A DNA stretch of 63,807 nucleotides, counting the filler, from Octopus bimaculoides (Eukaryota): NCBI RefSeq assembly GCF_001194135.2. It is 5 parts of 4 records of this genome, joined end to end, with 100 filler letters (N's around TTAATTAATTAA, not from the genome) between each part and the next. Parts side by side here need not be neighbours in the genome. Positions count along the whole stretch, not along the records: positions 28,494 to 46,186 come from NC_068985.1; positions 46,287 to 60,005 come from NC_068993.1; 3 more parts are not named here. One strand, given 5' to 3'. This document shows positions 39,900-54,427 of the stretch, in pieces. The notes under the pieces are model-generated. The model searched no databases. It saw only the letters and a program-made list of their open reading frames with translations, and was not told the origin of the DNA. Made by a program: the position numbers and the translations under genes. Each line of letters begins with the position of its first letter. The first letter of the stretch is position 1.

Positions 39900-40504
39900 T
39901 GTAGCATTAGCAGGGCAGTCGAATTACTTTGCCCCAATATGGCAGCACACTGGTGCTGCGTTCCATCGCTCTTTAAAAGCTAACGGCAGAGGAATACACA
40001 TGACGACTTCCGCCCAGCGTAATAGCGCGCGCTTTTCAAAGGCGTTTTATCCAGTCGCTGTCCAAATGTCGGAACGTTAACATCTAGTTTCCTATCGTCG
40101 CTGGTTTGCTGTATCCCATTCAGATGTAGACACTAATCTATCGACGAGCTTGTGACTCGTCTAGCTCGACACGCTATGGGATTTCTACCTTGCCTCATTA
40201 CCACTTTAAAACTCATTGGACATATATATATACCGGAGCTAACTAACAACATTGATGTGCATTAAGGAATTAACTCATGCCTCTTACACCCTATTGTCTT
40301 GTACGATTAATTCTGTTGTATCAATTACTTCGTGTGTGAGCAAGGAATAAATTATGTTTGTTAACCAAAAGCATTACCGTATGGTTTTTATCGTTACCTT
40401 TATGTAAAGCATGCATTTATACGTTTCAAACCTTCTTACGTGTACACATCTAAATATACTTCCTAAGCTGGTAAAGCCCAACACTTAATTTACCTCTTGT
40501 TACA
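39900..40504 (+). mobile_element. 605-bp solo LTR (probably Ty3/Gypsy) inserted in a Nin/Deu SINE
   Basis: TGTAGC...GTTACA ends; 4-bp TSD CCGC; removing it restores the SINE consensus gaaataccgctaagcattt; TATA-like run ~40222 and AATAAA ~40348. Confidence 0.8.
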
Positions 40505-41622
40505 CCGCTAAGCATTTCTCCCGGCGTGCTAACATTTCTGCCAGCTCGCCGCCATAGTTATACGTAATATTACAGTAATAGCTTGGGCAGTGACTCGGTT
40601 GAATGGTTAGAAGTCCGATAAAATGCTTAGCAGCATTTCGTGCGTTTTTACATTTTTAATTCAAATTGCACCGAGTTCAATTTTGCCACTCATCCTTTCG
40701 GGATCGATAAAATAGGTAGCAGTTGACCATTGGGTGCTATGTAATAGACTTACCGACTTCTCTGAAATGGCTGGCGTTGTGCCACATTTTGAAACCAATT
40801 TTATTGCAATAGCTGCAAGAGCTAAAGCAGTAATGCACGTTCTTCGAAGAAGAGACTAATCCGACTGTGTAGAAAAAGACGAAGAAAAAGTAAAGAAGTT
40901 CTACGCGGAATGGGAATAGGAAGAAGAGGAGGAGATGAAGGAAAAATAAAGGCGGTGATGGGTTGGATGAAAGAAGTAGCTACGACGAGAGGGGAAGTCA
41001 CATGGCTGCAACAGGAATTAGAAAAATATATAGGAAAAATAAAGAGAAAAAATAAGTAAACATCTCAAAAGGAGAAGCAAGAACCAGAATGTTATTGTTG
41101 TTGGATGATGATGACGATGATGACGATGATGATGATGATGACGACGATGACGACTACGACAAATGGAATGATGATGATGATGATTATGATGAAGACGAAG
41201 ACAACGAAAACTTCGACAATGATAACGACGATGACGAAGAGTATGACAGCAATGACGACTGCGGCGGAGTTGATGATGGTAATGATGATGATGATGATGA
41301 TCAAGTTGATAAATGATGATGATAAAGAAAGGTTAAATAATTTTAAAAAAACGAGAAAAATACTTAGAATTTAAATAAATAGATAAATAGAAAGCGAACG
41401 GGTGAGTAAAAAGGAACAAAACCAAAGAAAGAAAATTAATAAAGAAGGGAAAAAGAAAGAGAGAGAAGGAATGGAGAAGAAGAAACAGAAAAAGGAGGGA
41501 GAAAGAAAGAAGGAAAGAAAGAAAGAAGCTAAGAGGTGTAAGCGATGCGTCTCAGTGTGTAATGTGTGAAAGTTGTGTCAGCGAGTGAGAATGGAAGGAG
41601 AAATCCACTCACAGCAGCTATG

Positions 41623-41693
<71 letters not shown>

Positions 41694-42989
41694 GTCGTTT
41701 GACACAATAAAGAAAAATTGTATTCTAAACTATATCAATGACGTAAACACAAATAGCCGTTTCGTTTCCAAGGAGAGACTTATTTTAAGCTAACCAACCA
41801 AACCAGCCAACCAGCCAACCAGCTAACCAACCGACCAACAAAATTAGCTGGCCTGTCTGCAATCCGTCCTGCTTTACTTTGTGGTAAATGGAAGACTGCT
41901 TAAAAGCAAAACACACACAAAAAAAATCAAGTCAAATAAAAGAAATGTCGATCTTTTCCGATGAGAGGGTGCGGTATGTGGGTATAGAAATGATGGAGAG
42001 AGGATTGTTGTTTCTGTCTCGTCCAATTTTTTCTTTTCTTTTTTCATTTTTTTTTTCTTTTTTGATCGAAGTAGGAAATTTTATTGAATATAGCCGTTGT
42101 TTGAAGCAAACTGACTTTGGAGCAAGAAACACTACAACGATACCATCCGCCATTGCAGAGTTTCGTTCTTTCTTTATTTATATTTTTATTTCTATCGAAT
42201 TTTGCAAATAACTTACGTTGTAATTGTTCTGATTAATATTCCAAATCTAGTAGAGAATCATAAATTTCCAAGCTTTGTGACTGATACAGTTTCCCACGTA
42301 TTATCTCCAAGTCATATTTTCGTTTTGTTTTCTTGTGTTTTTATTGTTTAGACGCATTGTAGACTGTCATTTAAATCTTTTAACATTTGTGTTCTAAACT
42401 ATATTTTATAGGTTTTTAACTTTATTTCTTAACGTTTATTATTTTTTCTTTATTTGATTTTATTTCTCTATCATGCACGTTTCCACAAAGGTTTAAATCA
42501 AAACCAACAAATATAACTCTACATTCTTACTCAACATGTTATAAAATGGAGCCAAATATTCTACGATCTGCACTCAATGATCTTAACAAAGGAAAGGGCA
42601 ACACACAATCTAATCTTGTGTTCCATTTAGGCTGGAAACTGTGATGATTGGAAAGGAGGCAAACAGTTGCCATGTTTTGTTGCTTGGCCTATAAGTAATT
42701 GCAACCAAGTCTACCACGATTTACATCCAATGGTATTAAGATCTGAAAGGACATAACAGCAATCTAGTTCAGCTGTTTCTCATGTGTGGCGAATTGTCAG
42801 CATTGAAAAGGGAGCAAACAAATGGTCGTGTTCAATAAGATTAAGACCGTTTTAATAATTTCAAACTTGTCCGATACAAGGCCGAAAAAAATCAAAACAA
42901 ATAATTATATGGATGAAAACTCTGTTTTGTCCATCTTCGTTACTGAATATTCCTGGAAGTAGTGTAGGTATAGACTCTTGAGGTGTCTG

Positions 42990-43290
42990 TTTCCATAGGA
43001 TCCTATGAGAAGCAGCCGTTATTACGCTTCTAAGTGGATTCCCGATCATGACCAACTAAAATTCTGGATATTATCCAATCATCTTACTGCTGGTCTACTC
43101 CTAAGTTTCCTGCTGGTTGATTTGAAGAACCTGCTTTGTGATCTTTTCCTGTGGTTTTCTGACATGTCCGTAGTACCACTAACTATGGTGAAGTAGCGGT
43201 TCACCTTGGAGAGAATCTTTATCTCTGAGCTACGCATCCTGGCGAGTATCATTACTCCAGATACCTTGGAAATTACCATTTTTAAATCTC
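42990..43290 (-). mobile_element. Old RTE-like LINE 3' fragment
   Basis: Disrupted WYYGHVRKPQEKITKQVLQ...RSRPAVR.LDNIQ resembling the RLRWYGHV..RGRP..RW motif. Confidence 0.55.
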
Positions 43291-46000
43291 ACAACATGAG
43301 ATTATTCTGTGCTGATGAAGGGAAATAACTAAGGAATCGCGATACACAGATATTGTTTTCAGCTGAGTGGGGGTGCTAGATTCCCTTATTCGAAAATATA
43401 AGGACACAGATCGTGTCGTATAGCCAGCCGGAGACGATGTCTCCTGGGGCTAAATTACAGTAACATTAGTCCTAAACCAGGACTGCCATATTATCTCGGC
43501 AAACAATCTTTATTCTAAATACCCTGCTTTGTATTCTTATAAATAAAGGCCTGGCAGAGAATAAAATATTTCACTACAATTTTCATGGCAGCCTATGTAT
43601 CAGTCAATTTGGAAGTTAAACAAACATTGATGATTTGCCTGCTAGATCTGTGTTAGACTTGGAGCTAAGCAACAAAAATAGCAGCGAAAACCACGTCTAC
43701 GACACCATTAATAACAGCAAATAATTTATGCACAAGGTGGTGAGGGCTATGAGTGCCATTCATGTTTAAAGGGCATATAGTGAGGTGGAGTTTTCTTGAT
43801 ACGAGTGGTGCTTGAATATTTTTCTGTTAAAAAAAGAAGATTGGCATGACTCCATTGGAGGATTTTCCCAAGGTCTTTATGTGTCGACGCAATGCAGATT
43901 GATACAACCGACATTGAGTCAATGCTATAAAGACACCACAATGCACCTGGTGTCTTCACTGCATCCGGATGATGCATGGTTTGGAAAGATTAAAGAGGAA
44001 TGAAATGTTGTGCGCTATGCTAAAGAGTGGACGTTGCTGAGTGTGGGCAAAGAGTGGGGGATGAGTTGGGGAAAAGAGGTCATTGATAAGAGTGGACACA
44101 CAGTACACACATGTACTGAATAGGGAATGAAATGAATAAAAGTGAAGTATAAATAAGGGAAACAATATAAAAGTTAGAATAAAGCTTGAATAATTAAAAC
44201 AAGAATGGTTGTGTAGACGGGCAGAGATATTGATAGGCAAATAAGCACTATGGGGTGCTCAAGCAGGAACAGAATGTATAGGGTATCAAGTAGGTGGATA
44301 GATATTGCTCTATGCAGTTTCAGTTATAACATGATTAATAAAAAGACAACACATATCTTTTACTTGTTTCAGTCATTTGACTGCGGCCATGCTGGAGCAC
44401 CGTCTTTAGTCGTGCAAATCGACCCCAGGACTTATTCTTTGGAAGCCTAGTACTTATTCTATCGTCGCTTTTGCCGAACCACTAAGTTACGGGGACGTAA
44501 ACACACCAGCATCAGTTGTCAAGCGATGGTGGTGGGTGACAAACACAGACACACAAACACACATACATATATATACATATATACGACGGGCTTCTTTCAG
44601 TTTCCGTCTACCAAATCCACTCACAAGGCTTTGGTCGGCCCGAGGCTATAGTAGAAGACACTTGCCCAAGGTGCCACGCAGTGGGACTGAACCTGGAACC
44701 ATGTGGTTGGTAAGTAAGCTACTTACCACACAGCCACTCCTGCGCCATATCTGTTTATTATTTTTTTAAAATCAGACTAGAGGCTACTAAATAGCCTTGT
44801 AAAATAATGTTCCAGCTATATCAAAATGTTTTGTATTGCTAATGTGCTTTTTCAATGTTGTTTTTATTTATTCTGCAATTAATTACAAAATTGTCCCATT
44901 CTTCATATTCATTGTTTGAAAATCGATAAATTTTGAAATTATAATCAATGTAATTTCAGCTAAAAACATTTAAACCTACTGAATATCCCTGTATGTATAG
45001 GTATGCGTATATACGTTTTTCTTTGATAAATAAGGGAATATAATTTAGTTTTTCGTATCAATGAAACAACACTTTGACCTTAAATATTCCTTTAAACTAT
45101 TGATTGTCTTGAAATATTGATAACATGTATATGTTCCTGGAAGCTGTATCATACGAACCATGATTTTAGATTTACCAATAATGAAAATTCCATTTAGCAA
45201 TGTTATACAAGGGAGAAGGAATAGTCACGGTTGGAATGCTTTTGATTTTCAGGTTTGGCAGATCAATGCCGACTTAAGCCTAGGCAATAACAATTCTTGA
45301 TCTTGTCCAAATTTCACATCCACCACCTTTAAACACAATGTCATTTTCTTCGATATCACACAGGATCAGACTTACATAATTTCGTGTTTAGATATAAACT
45401 CATATGAGTAAATAAAGTCTCTTCAAGTATCTACATATCACTCACCGATAAAAATAGGCTATAAAAACCAATCGGTAAGTCTCTTAGTTGTCGTGCGACC
45501 TGGCCTGCTCGAAATAGCAGTCAAATATCTCACAAATCACATTCCACTGTCCTAGAAAATGTTATATTGGATAATGTGGTTCTGAGTTCCTTGCAAATAG
45601 AATAAAAACTTGACTGTCAGGACTAAATGCTTTTGATCGTAAATCTGCTCTATCAGGTCTAACTTGTTGCTAGACAGCAACAATAATATATATATACACT
45701 TTACTTATATACACATAAACAGAACAAAAATACGAATACAGAAAATTAAGTCTTTAATTCTTGAATTCACCATACAATTCCGACGATCGTTTCTGTTGTA
45801 TCAACATAGATACAGTAAATATCATTCAAATCAGTATATCCCAAAATACATGTTAAGACAACGTTTTCAAGATGTTCTCCATAGATACAAATATTCACTT
45901 GGAACATGTATCGAAGAACTCAGGGATCTTCAGAAAAATACATTTCACAATGGTCTCTTTCTCTCTCTCCGATTCTCTCTCATTCTCTCTCTCTCTCTCT

Positions 46001-46085
<85 letters not shown>

Positions 46086-46186
46086 AGACGTCACCGTCCT
46101 AGTGTCTAGCCAAAAGCACATCGAGCTTGTCGGCGAGACACTGAAAGACTACGAAACGGTAACGGGAGCAAAAATCAACCGGGATA
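46086..46186 (+). mobile_element. L1/Tx1-clade RT fragment
   Basis: DVTVLVSSQKHIELVGETLKDYETVTGAKINRD, i.e. the (YAD)DVT...GAKIN RT segment; runs into a gap. Confidence 0.7.
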
Positions 46187-46286
46187 NNNNNNNNNNNNNN
46201 NNNNNNNNNNNNNNNNNNNNNNNNNNNNNNTTAATTAATTAANNNNNNNNNNNNNNNNNNNNNNNNNNNNNNNNNNNNNNNNNNNN

Positions 46287-46574
46287 CTTCTTCTTCTTCT
46301 TCTTCTTCTTCCCCTTCTTCTTCTTCTTTTTCTTCTTCTTCTTCTTCTTCTTCTTCTTCTTCTTCTCCTTCTTCTTCTTCCTTCTTCTTTTTCTTCTTCT
46401 TCTTCTTCTTCTTCTTCTTCTTCTTCTTCCCCTTCTTCTTCTTCTTCCCCTTCTTCTTCTTCTTCTTCTTCTTCTTCTTCTTCTTCTTCTTCTTCTTCTT
46501 CCCTCTTCTTCTTCTTCTTCTTCTTCTTCTTCTTCTTCTTCTTCTTCTTCTTCTCCTTCTTCTTCTTCTTCTTC
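46287..46574. repeat. (CTT)n/(GAA)n homopyrimidine tract
   Basis: ~290 nt of almost exclusively C/T. Confidence 0.95.
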
Positions 46575-47607
46575 AACACAACCCACTCAACACCTACACA
46601 TGCTGGCCAATGGCCTCATATTCGGAGACGTACAACTCCTACCAACAGAACAGCCATCTTTACGGCGTCGTCCCACCGTCCCTTCCGACCAAGGAAACAT
46701 AACTACAAACCTCTGCGAATGTCTCTCTGCTTCGCAAGTCTAGAGGAGACTGCCTCAACCAACAAATTCAACCCCACCACACACAAACACACACACGCAC
46801 GCACGCACGCACACACACGCACACACACGCACACATACACTCCCCCCCCCACACACACACACATAACACTTCTCCAAGGATACCCTCCAACCTCTTTTGT
46901 ACTGTAACACTGTAATAGCTGTATTATATCTGCACAGTTTATTATCTTGTATCCTTTAATTGTTGCTGTCATTAGACTGTGCCATACTGGGACACCACCT
47001 TCAAGAATAATTTTCCTTTTAAGTCTGGTATTTATTGTATCAGTCAATTTTGCCGAACCACTAGGTCATGGGAATGTAAACACTCCAACACTTAGCTGTC
47101 AAGTGGTGGTAGATTGCTAGGTTAAGATAGAATGATATATATATATATATATATATATATGTATACACACATATATTTATATATATATATATATGATATA
47201 TTATATACTATGTATTATATATATGTACGCATGTGCATACACAAACACACTGGTATACACACACACACTCACACACACACATACATATATATATATCTAT
47301 AAATATATATATGTATTTATATAAACATCTACGTCTTCAAGTGTATGTTTAAAGAGGTGGATGTAGCACTCGCGCACACACATGCAGAAACATACATACA
47401 ACACACACTTATACACACATTTATATGTGTATTATTTAACATCTCAAATAAATCCTCAGCTTTATTCATCACAATTTAAGAACATATCCACCATTCATCG
47501 CGATATGTATTATTAAAACCTCACAATAGGAACCAAAATAGCATCGTGTATTTCTAAGTGGTTATTATCTGCGAATGTTTTAATAATATCCCTTGATGCA
47601 TTCGCTG

Positions 47608-47647
<40 letters not shown>

Positions 47648-47846
47648 ATGTTTGTTTGTTTGTGCGTGGTCGTGCAGTTACATGAGTGTGTGTGTTTGCA
47701 CGTATGTGTGTGTACAAGTCACGGTACAGTACCTGCTTCCATGTACGTATGTGTATTGCGTCGTATCCTTATTTCGCACGTGTTACCGCAATGAGATTCA
47801 AAGTCTGTTTCTCTATCCTTGCTATTATAATTTCATATACACACGA

Positions 47847-47896
<50 letters not shown>

Positions 47897-48054
47897 NNNN
47901 NNNNNNNNNNNNNNNNNNNNNNNNNNNNNNNNNNNNNNNNNNNNNNNNNNNNNNNNNNNNNNNNNNNNNNNNNNNNNNNNNNNNNNNNNNNNNNNNNNNN
48001 NNNNNNNNNNNNNNNNNNNNNNNNNNNNNNNNNNNNNNNNNNNNNNNNNNNNNN

Positions 48055-48109
<55 letters not shown>

Positions 48110-48374
48110 ATATATGCATATATTTACGTATGTACGTATGCATGTATGTATGCAGGTAGATGTATCCATAAATACATAGGGATATGCATATTATTTAGAA
48201 GTGGATGTTTATGAACGTATGTAGTTGAGTATATGCGCACTCCAGTGTATATAAGTGTATGTATATCTGTGTATGTAAGTGTCTTTTTGTGTGTATGTGT
48301 ATGTTTGTGTGTGTGTATGTGTGTGTATATTTCTATACGCTTTTATATATATTATCTATTTTCTATATCTGTAG

Positions 48375-48416
<42 letters not shown>

Positions 48417-49452
48417 ATCTATCCATCTATCAATCTATTCTCTCTCTCTCTCTCTCTGTGCGTGTGTCTGTGTATTTATCATTGGATTGGCTCTCTACAA
48501 CCCCTGTCAAAGGTATCACCAATATCGGCCTTTCATTGTTTATAATTTGTACCTGTTTTTATTTCCCAGAATTCCTTATGATTGGAAGACTAGCCCGTCG
48601 CAGGGTTATCTATTTACAGCTGAGGAAACTGGGAAAGGGTTAAATTTGAGTTTTTAGTACAGAACCTAATGCAGATCTTCTCTCGGAATCATAGCAGCGA
48701 TCTCATTTTTCTCAGTGCAACATGGTTTAACCACTGAGCCACTATACACGTGTGCATATACACATACATACATATATATATATATATATAATTAAGTGTA
48801 TTTCTTCTATCTTAATGAATACATATTCTTCTGATAGAATAAATGGGTTAATAGAAAGCAACGTAGCAAAGAACACAAAATAACTGTGGTTTAGTTCCTG
48901 TTTTTAAGGCAGGAACTCCTTGAAATTTTGGGTATTTGAGTATATTTAAGAATTTAAGGATTGGAGAAAACGCATGTTATAATTGCATGCCTTATTCTTA
49001 CATACGTTTCAAAGGATTACAACCTGTGTGATCCATAGGGATCTTTGATATTAAAATTGTAACCTTCTCATCAGGGAAAGCATGGGAATCATCTTAAACG
49101 TAAGACATTATGACCGATTATGAAAACAATAGATGGATAAGGTTATGACTTGATTCATTTGAAATGAATTCTTATATATATNNNNNNNNNNNNNNNNNNN
49201 NNNNNNNNNNNNNNNNNNNNNNNNNNNNNNNNNNNNNNNNNNNNNNNNNNNNNNNNNNNNNNNNNNNNNNNNNNNNNNNNNNNNNNNNNNNNNNNNNNNN
49301 NNNNNNNNNNNNNNNNNNNNNNNNNNNNNNNNNNNNNNNNNNNNNNNNNNNNNNNNNNNNNNNNNNNNNNNNNNNNNNNNNNNNNNNNNNNNNNNNNNNN
49401 NNNNNNNNNNNNNNNNNNNNNNNNNNNNNNNNNNNNNNNNNNNNNNNNNNNN

Positions 49453-49485
<33 letters not shown>

Positions 49486-50345
49486 CAAACACGCACACAC
49501 ACATAGACACACGTGAAGGCACACGACTTAGTGGTAAGCGCATTGCACTCACAGTTGCAAGGTCATGCTTTCGATTCCTACACCAGGCGTTGTGTTGCGT
49601 TCTTGAGCAAAACATTTCATTTCACTTCGCTCTGCGATCAGTTCTTCGTCTTACATGTGGTACATAGTACACCTGTACATGTAATGTCAATTTCATAGAG
49701 GGAATGAGTTTATATGAACATTTAAATTTTATCACGCTAAATGAATAATTTGTGTGGTTGTCCAGCAAGAAATTGACAAATCTTCATACGTCATCTAATT
49801 ATGGGAGAGTCCATGACACACACTCACACATCTCTATGTACATACATACACGAAGAGTGATGTAGATGGTGTTATATTATGGTTTACAACTGTTTGAACA
49901 TATGCAGGGCAAGTCAAATATCATGTATGTATGCAGAGATGGCGAACAAGGATATAATCATATACATTATGACTATACTTTTTACATACACGTATATATG
50001 TATGCATATATATATACATATATATNNNNNNNNNNNNNNNNNNNNNNNNNNNNNNNNNNNNNNNNNNNNNNNNNNNNNNNNNNNNNNNNNNNNNNNNNNN
50101 NNNNNNNNNNNNNNNNNNNNNNNNNNNNNNNNNNNNNNNNNNNNNNNNNNNNNNNNNNNNNNNNNNNNNNNNNNNNNNNNNNNNNNNNNNNNNNNNNNNN
50201 NNNNNNNNNNNNNNNNNNNNNNNNNNNNNNNNNNNNNNNNNNNNNNNNNNNNNNNNNNNNNNNNNNNNNNNNNNNNNNNNNNNNNNNNNNNNNNNNNNNN
50301 NNNNNNNNNNNNNNNNNNNNNNNNNNNNNNNNNNNNNNNNNNNNA

Positions 50346-50382
<37 letters not shown>

Positions 50383-51417
50383 GTATTATGTATGTATGTA
50401 TGTATGTATGTATGTATATATATAAAATAGGATTTGACTACACTCTCCACTTAGAGCACAGTTTAAGCTATCTTGTCGTGGAAGAAGGTTTATGTTCCTA
50501 TAACCTGTATTATTTCTGTAACCCTTTAAAATGGGAGATAAGAAAGTGTATTTTCGGCACTTGATGAGTTTTTTGCCATGAAACTACCTCAAATGTGGGA
50601 AGAAGGTATTTTTCAAGTTAAAGGAAAGATGGAGACATTATTCAACAAGATGGTTCATATTTGGTTGATTAAAAATGTAATGGCAAGTATTTATTGACCT
50701 TTTTCTGTCCTTTAAAAATCGGCACCAACTTTCCAGACAACGAAATATATATGTGTGTGTATGGGGGCGGGGGTGTATACACACACAGAAACATACGTTC
50801 ATGTATATGGATGGATGGATGGATGGATGGTTGGATCTATGGATGGATATATGAATATCCGTATGCATACATGTACATCATACACATACACATACATAAA
50901 CACACACACACCCATATATACATATGTATGTGTGTGTATGTATGTATGTATGTGTATGATATACATGCATACGGATATTCCTATATCTATCCATAGATCC
51001 ATCCATCAATCCTTCCATCCATCCATCCCCCCATCGAACCAGCCATCCATCAATCTATACATACATAGATATATACTTACGTACATACTTATTCCGTATA
51101 GATAAAACTACTTCGTTTCTTCCTCATGCTGTCCGCCATTGAGGCACTTGAAATGCCTTTCATTCGTATTGTGTTGCACTCCAGTAATGTACAGTTATTC
51201 TAGAATGTTCACGTTGTTTCTTTTAATTTGTCTATGATTCATGTTAATTCCACAATTCCGTTCTCTCTTCCAATTTGGATCCTAAACCAGCGTCTACTTT
51301 CAACGTAATAATAGATTAGCCATTGTAATAGGCATCGGAAACAATTACTCGTTAGCTGCAAGGTCATATTGACATGTTTTTCTTTTATTTTAATGGCAAA
51401 TACCACTTATCGTGCGC

Positions 51418-51452
<35 letters not shown>

Positions 51453-52437
51453 NNNNNNNNNNNNNNNNNNNNNNNNNNNNNNNNNNNNNNNNNNNNNNNN
51501 NNNNNNNNNNNNNNNNNNNNNNNNNNNNNNNNNNNNNNNNNNNNNNNNNNNNNNNNNNNNNNNNNNNNNNNNNNNNNNNNNNNNNNNNNNNNNNNNNNNN
51601 NNNNNNNNNNNNNNNNNNNNNNNNNNNNNNNNNNNNNNNNNNNNNNNNNNNNNNNNNNNNNNNNNNNNNNNNNNNNNNNNNNNNNNNNNNNNNNNNNNNN
51701 NNNNNNNNNNNNNNNNNNNNNNNNNNNNNNNNNNNTATATATATACATACACAGATTTTTTCTCTCGCCCTTTTAAAGCCTAGCCAGGCTCATGGGCCCG
51801 GTTTCCCGGTTTCTATGTCGTATGTGTTCTCCCCCACCACCACCACCACCACCACCGGCTGGACGGGACGCCAGTCCATCGCAGCGTTACTCAAGAAACA
51901 GGAAGAAAGTTTGAGAGAAAGTTGGCGTGAAAGAGTATAACAGGGGTCGCCACCACCCTCTGCCGGAGCCTCATGAAGCTTTAGGTGTTTTCGTTCAATA
52001 AACATACACAACGCCCGGTATGGGAATCGGAACCGCGATCCTCCGACCGCGAGTCCGCTGCCCTAACCACTGGGCCATTGCGCCTCCACATATATACATA
52101 TATATAAAAAGAGAGAGAGAGGCAGATAGACAGAGACAGAGAGACAGCCTCACACGCAATGCATGTCTCGATTTCTATGTTCATCAAAAAGGGTCAATTA
52201 TCCTTCCCGAGGAATAGGCTCAAGGCAATTGTCTGGAGGCAATTTTTTGCTGTGTATTTTACCACTTATGCTAGAAGTTTAAGAAATGCTAGTTTAATTA
52301 TTCTTATAAATCCATCAAATATAACAGATTGTGTTAAACCTATCGACCATAACCTCTTTTTTCATACTTGACGGTTTCCCTTGCTGGTTTTGTCATATGA
52401 TCGACCAGCAGTTCGACAAATTGAATGGTCTACTCAC

Positions 52438-52498
52438 GGAGGAATGGTGAACTGAAAGGTGAGGGTGAACTCAATCTGTATTCCTCAGACATTTCTAC
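52438..52498 (-). other. Candidate orphan exon (VEMSEEYRLSSPSPFSSPFL)
   Basis: ttacag|GTA...CTC C|gtgagt; 61 nt, one open frame containing an ATG. Confidence 0.25.
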
Positions 52499-53244
52499 CT
52501 GTAATGTAATCTATGTGTAGAATCTACGTAATGCTCATGAGAAGGTTGAACATTTGAAATGCAGTTAGATTTGATTGGATTCACTTTTACAATATTTCCT
52601 CTACGTAGTCATACTGAAAAAGTTGGTCCGAGGCTAACGTGAAGACAGTTGCCAAGTTGTCGCACAGTGGGGTCGAACCTGAACAAACACACACGTATAC
52701 ACGCATGAGATCAATATGTATTTGTCATTGTTGGTCTATTACTCAGCATCTAATCAGAGTAGACAAACCATACGAAACCAAATTTGCATTTTCTTTCTCC
52801 AAAAAAGATTTCCTCACTATATGGTGCAGCTGGTTTCTTTACTTTGATGTATAAACAACATTAGTTTCACATCTTACCAGAAAAATAGATAGGTTACAAT
52901 CTTACCACCAGTGCAGTTCTATTTACGACCAAGAACCTCTCAGAATCGCATTCAATCGTCTGAGTCATAGAGTAGGTGTCAGAGGGTTGTACCATATAAT
53001 TATAAAGCGTGTGCTAATTAGCAGTTTACTGTGTTGAGTTCAAATAAATCGGAACCATTAAAAACAGCACATCTAATCCACTATCATTCCAAAATTAGTC
53101 ACACATTGGAAGAGGACACACAATCAATAGAACTAAAAAGAAAAGTCTATTTGTTGTTAATAAGCAAAGACACGGTAGTTTGATTTAGAAGTTTCTCGTC
53201 AGTCCCACTGTGTGGCACCTTTGGCGAATATGTATGTATGTATG

Positions 53245-53282
<38 letters not shown>

Positions 53283-53878
53283 TAATGTTAAGATAAATAC
53301 TTTATAAGAATTTATCAAGTAGTTAGCGTGAAAAAACCTCATAAGGAAAAAAAACATCGTTTTTTTCCATAAATATATATAATTTAATTTATATAAGGGC
53401 ATTACTATACAATAATACCTCACGCCAAAATAAGCACATTTTTACCGATCGCGAGGGGGTGCAACTTTCAAAGCTATCCTCCTAAAAACTTTTAACTTAA
53501 CAGTAAACTAATGGTTTCATAATTAATGCAGCAAACTATGCAGTTTACTGCATATTTTACTGCATAGTTTCACTATGAGCCGAAAACGGGGTCTTCTGAT
53601 TAAAGAAATTCTTTAATCCTTTAGAAATCAGATAACTTTGTCAAATGTAATGCCTTTTTATTTACATTGTTTTGAATTAATCCTGCACTGTGCTCAGTCT
53701 TCGTGATTTTGATGACCTGATAGTATATAAATATTTAATATGACATTGTCGGTTAGGTGTGAGAGGCTACAACTGGTCAGTTTGAATATCTGGGTCAGGT
53801 ATAACCGGTTTTAATACTAAACAGTTAGACCTCGCCCGAAACAACATGCATTTTCCCTGAAAATCCTCTGAAACTTAC

Positions 53879-54017
53879 CGGCGTCTGGTATGAGCGGCTT
53901 TCCATTCACAGTACTTGCACGAAGAAAGCTGTTTCGAAGTTTACTTAATGTTATTGTTATGAGTTTGATGATGCTATCAATTAATAAGTTCTTATAGTTG
54001 TTTGCAACAAATGTCAT
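53879..54017 (-). other. Candidate first or orphan exon (MTFVANNY...SFLRASTVNGKPLIPDA)
   Basis: A-rich start context aaataacATG and a consensus donor CCG|GTAAGT; no recognisable homology. Confidence 0.25.
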
Positions 54018-54376
54018 GTTATTTTAAATCAAGTGAAAGTATTTCTTTATTTTATGATAATATTTTTGTCAACATTTCAGTAGTTCTGCTTATAAACAAC
54101 AGAATTTAATTATATTTATATTATACTTTGCGGTTTATGGAAAATACGATTAACAACTGTAATAGATTGCAAAATATAAGTTGGTCATTATTAGATTTCC
54201 TGTTTCTTCTGTCTACGGGTTTCTGTATGTATGTATCTGTGTATGTATGTATGTATGTACGTATGTATGTACGTATGTATGTATGTATGTATGTACGTAC
54301 ATACGTATTATCTCTAACTCACTTTTGTTATCTCTCTCTACCTCTCACATATATACGTATGTATAAACACACACCA

Positions 54377-54427
<51 letters not shown>

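Noticed and set aside
41089-41316. Asp-rich ORF resembling an acidic or shell-matrix protein
   Set aside because: (GAT/GAC)n repeat with no splice or homology support
51084-51200. Possible terminal exon NNCTLLEC...MRKKRSSFIYTE*
   Set aside because: Weak acceptor, phase incompatible with the 52438 candidate, and short enough to occur by chance
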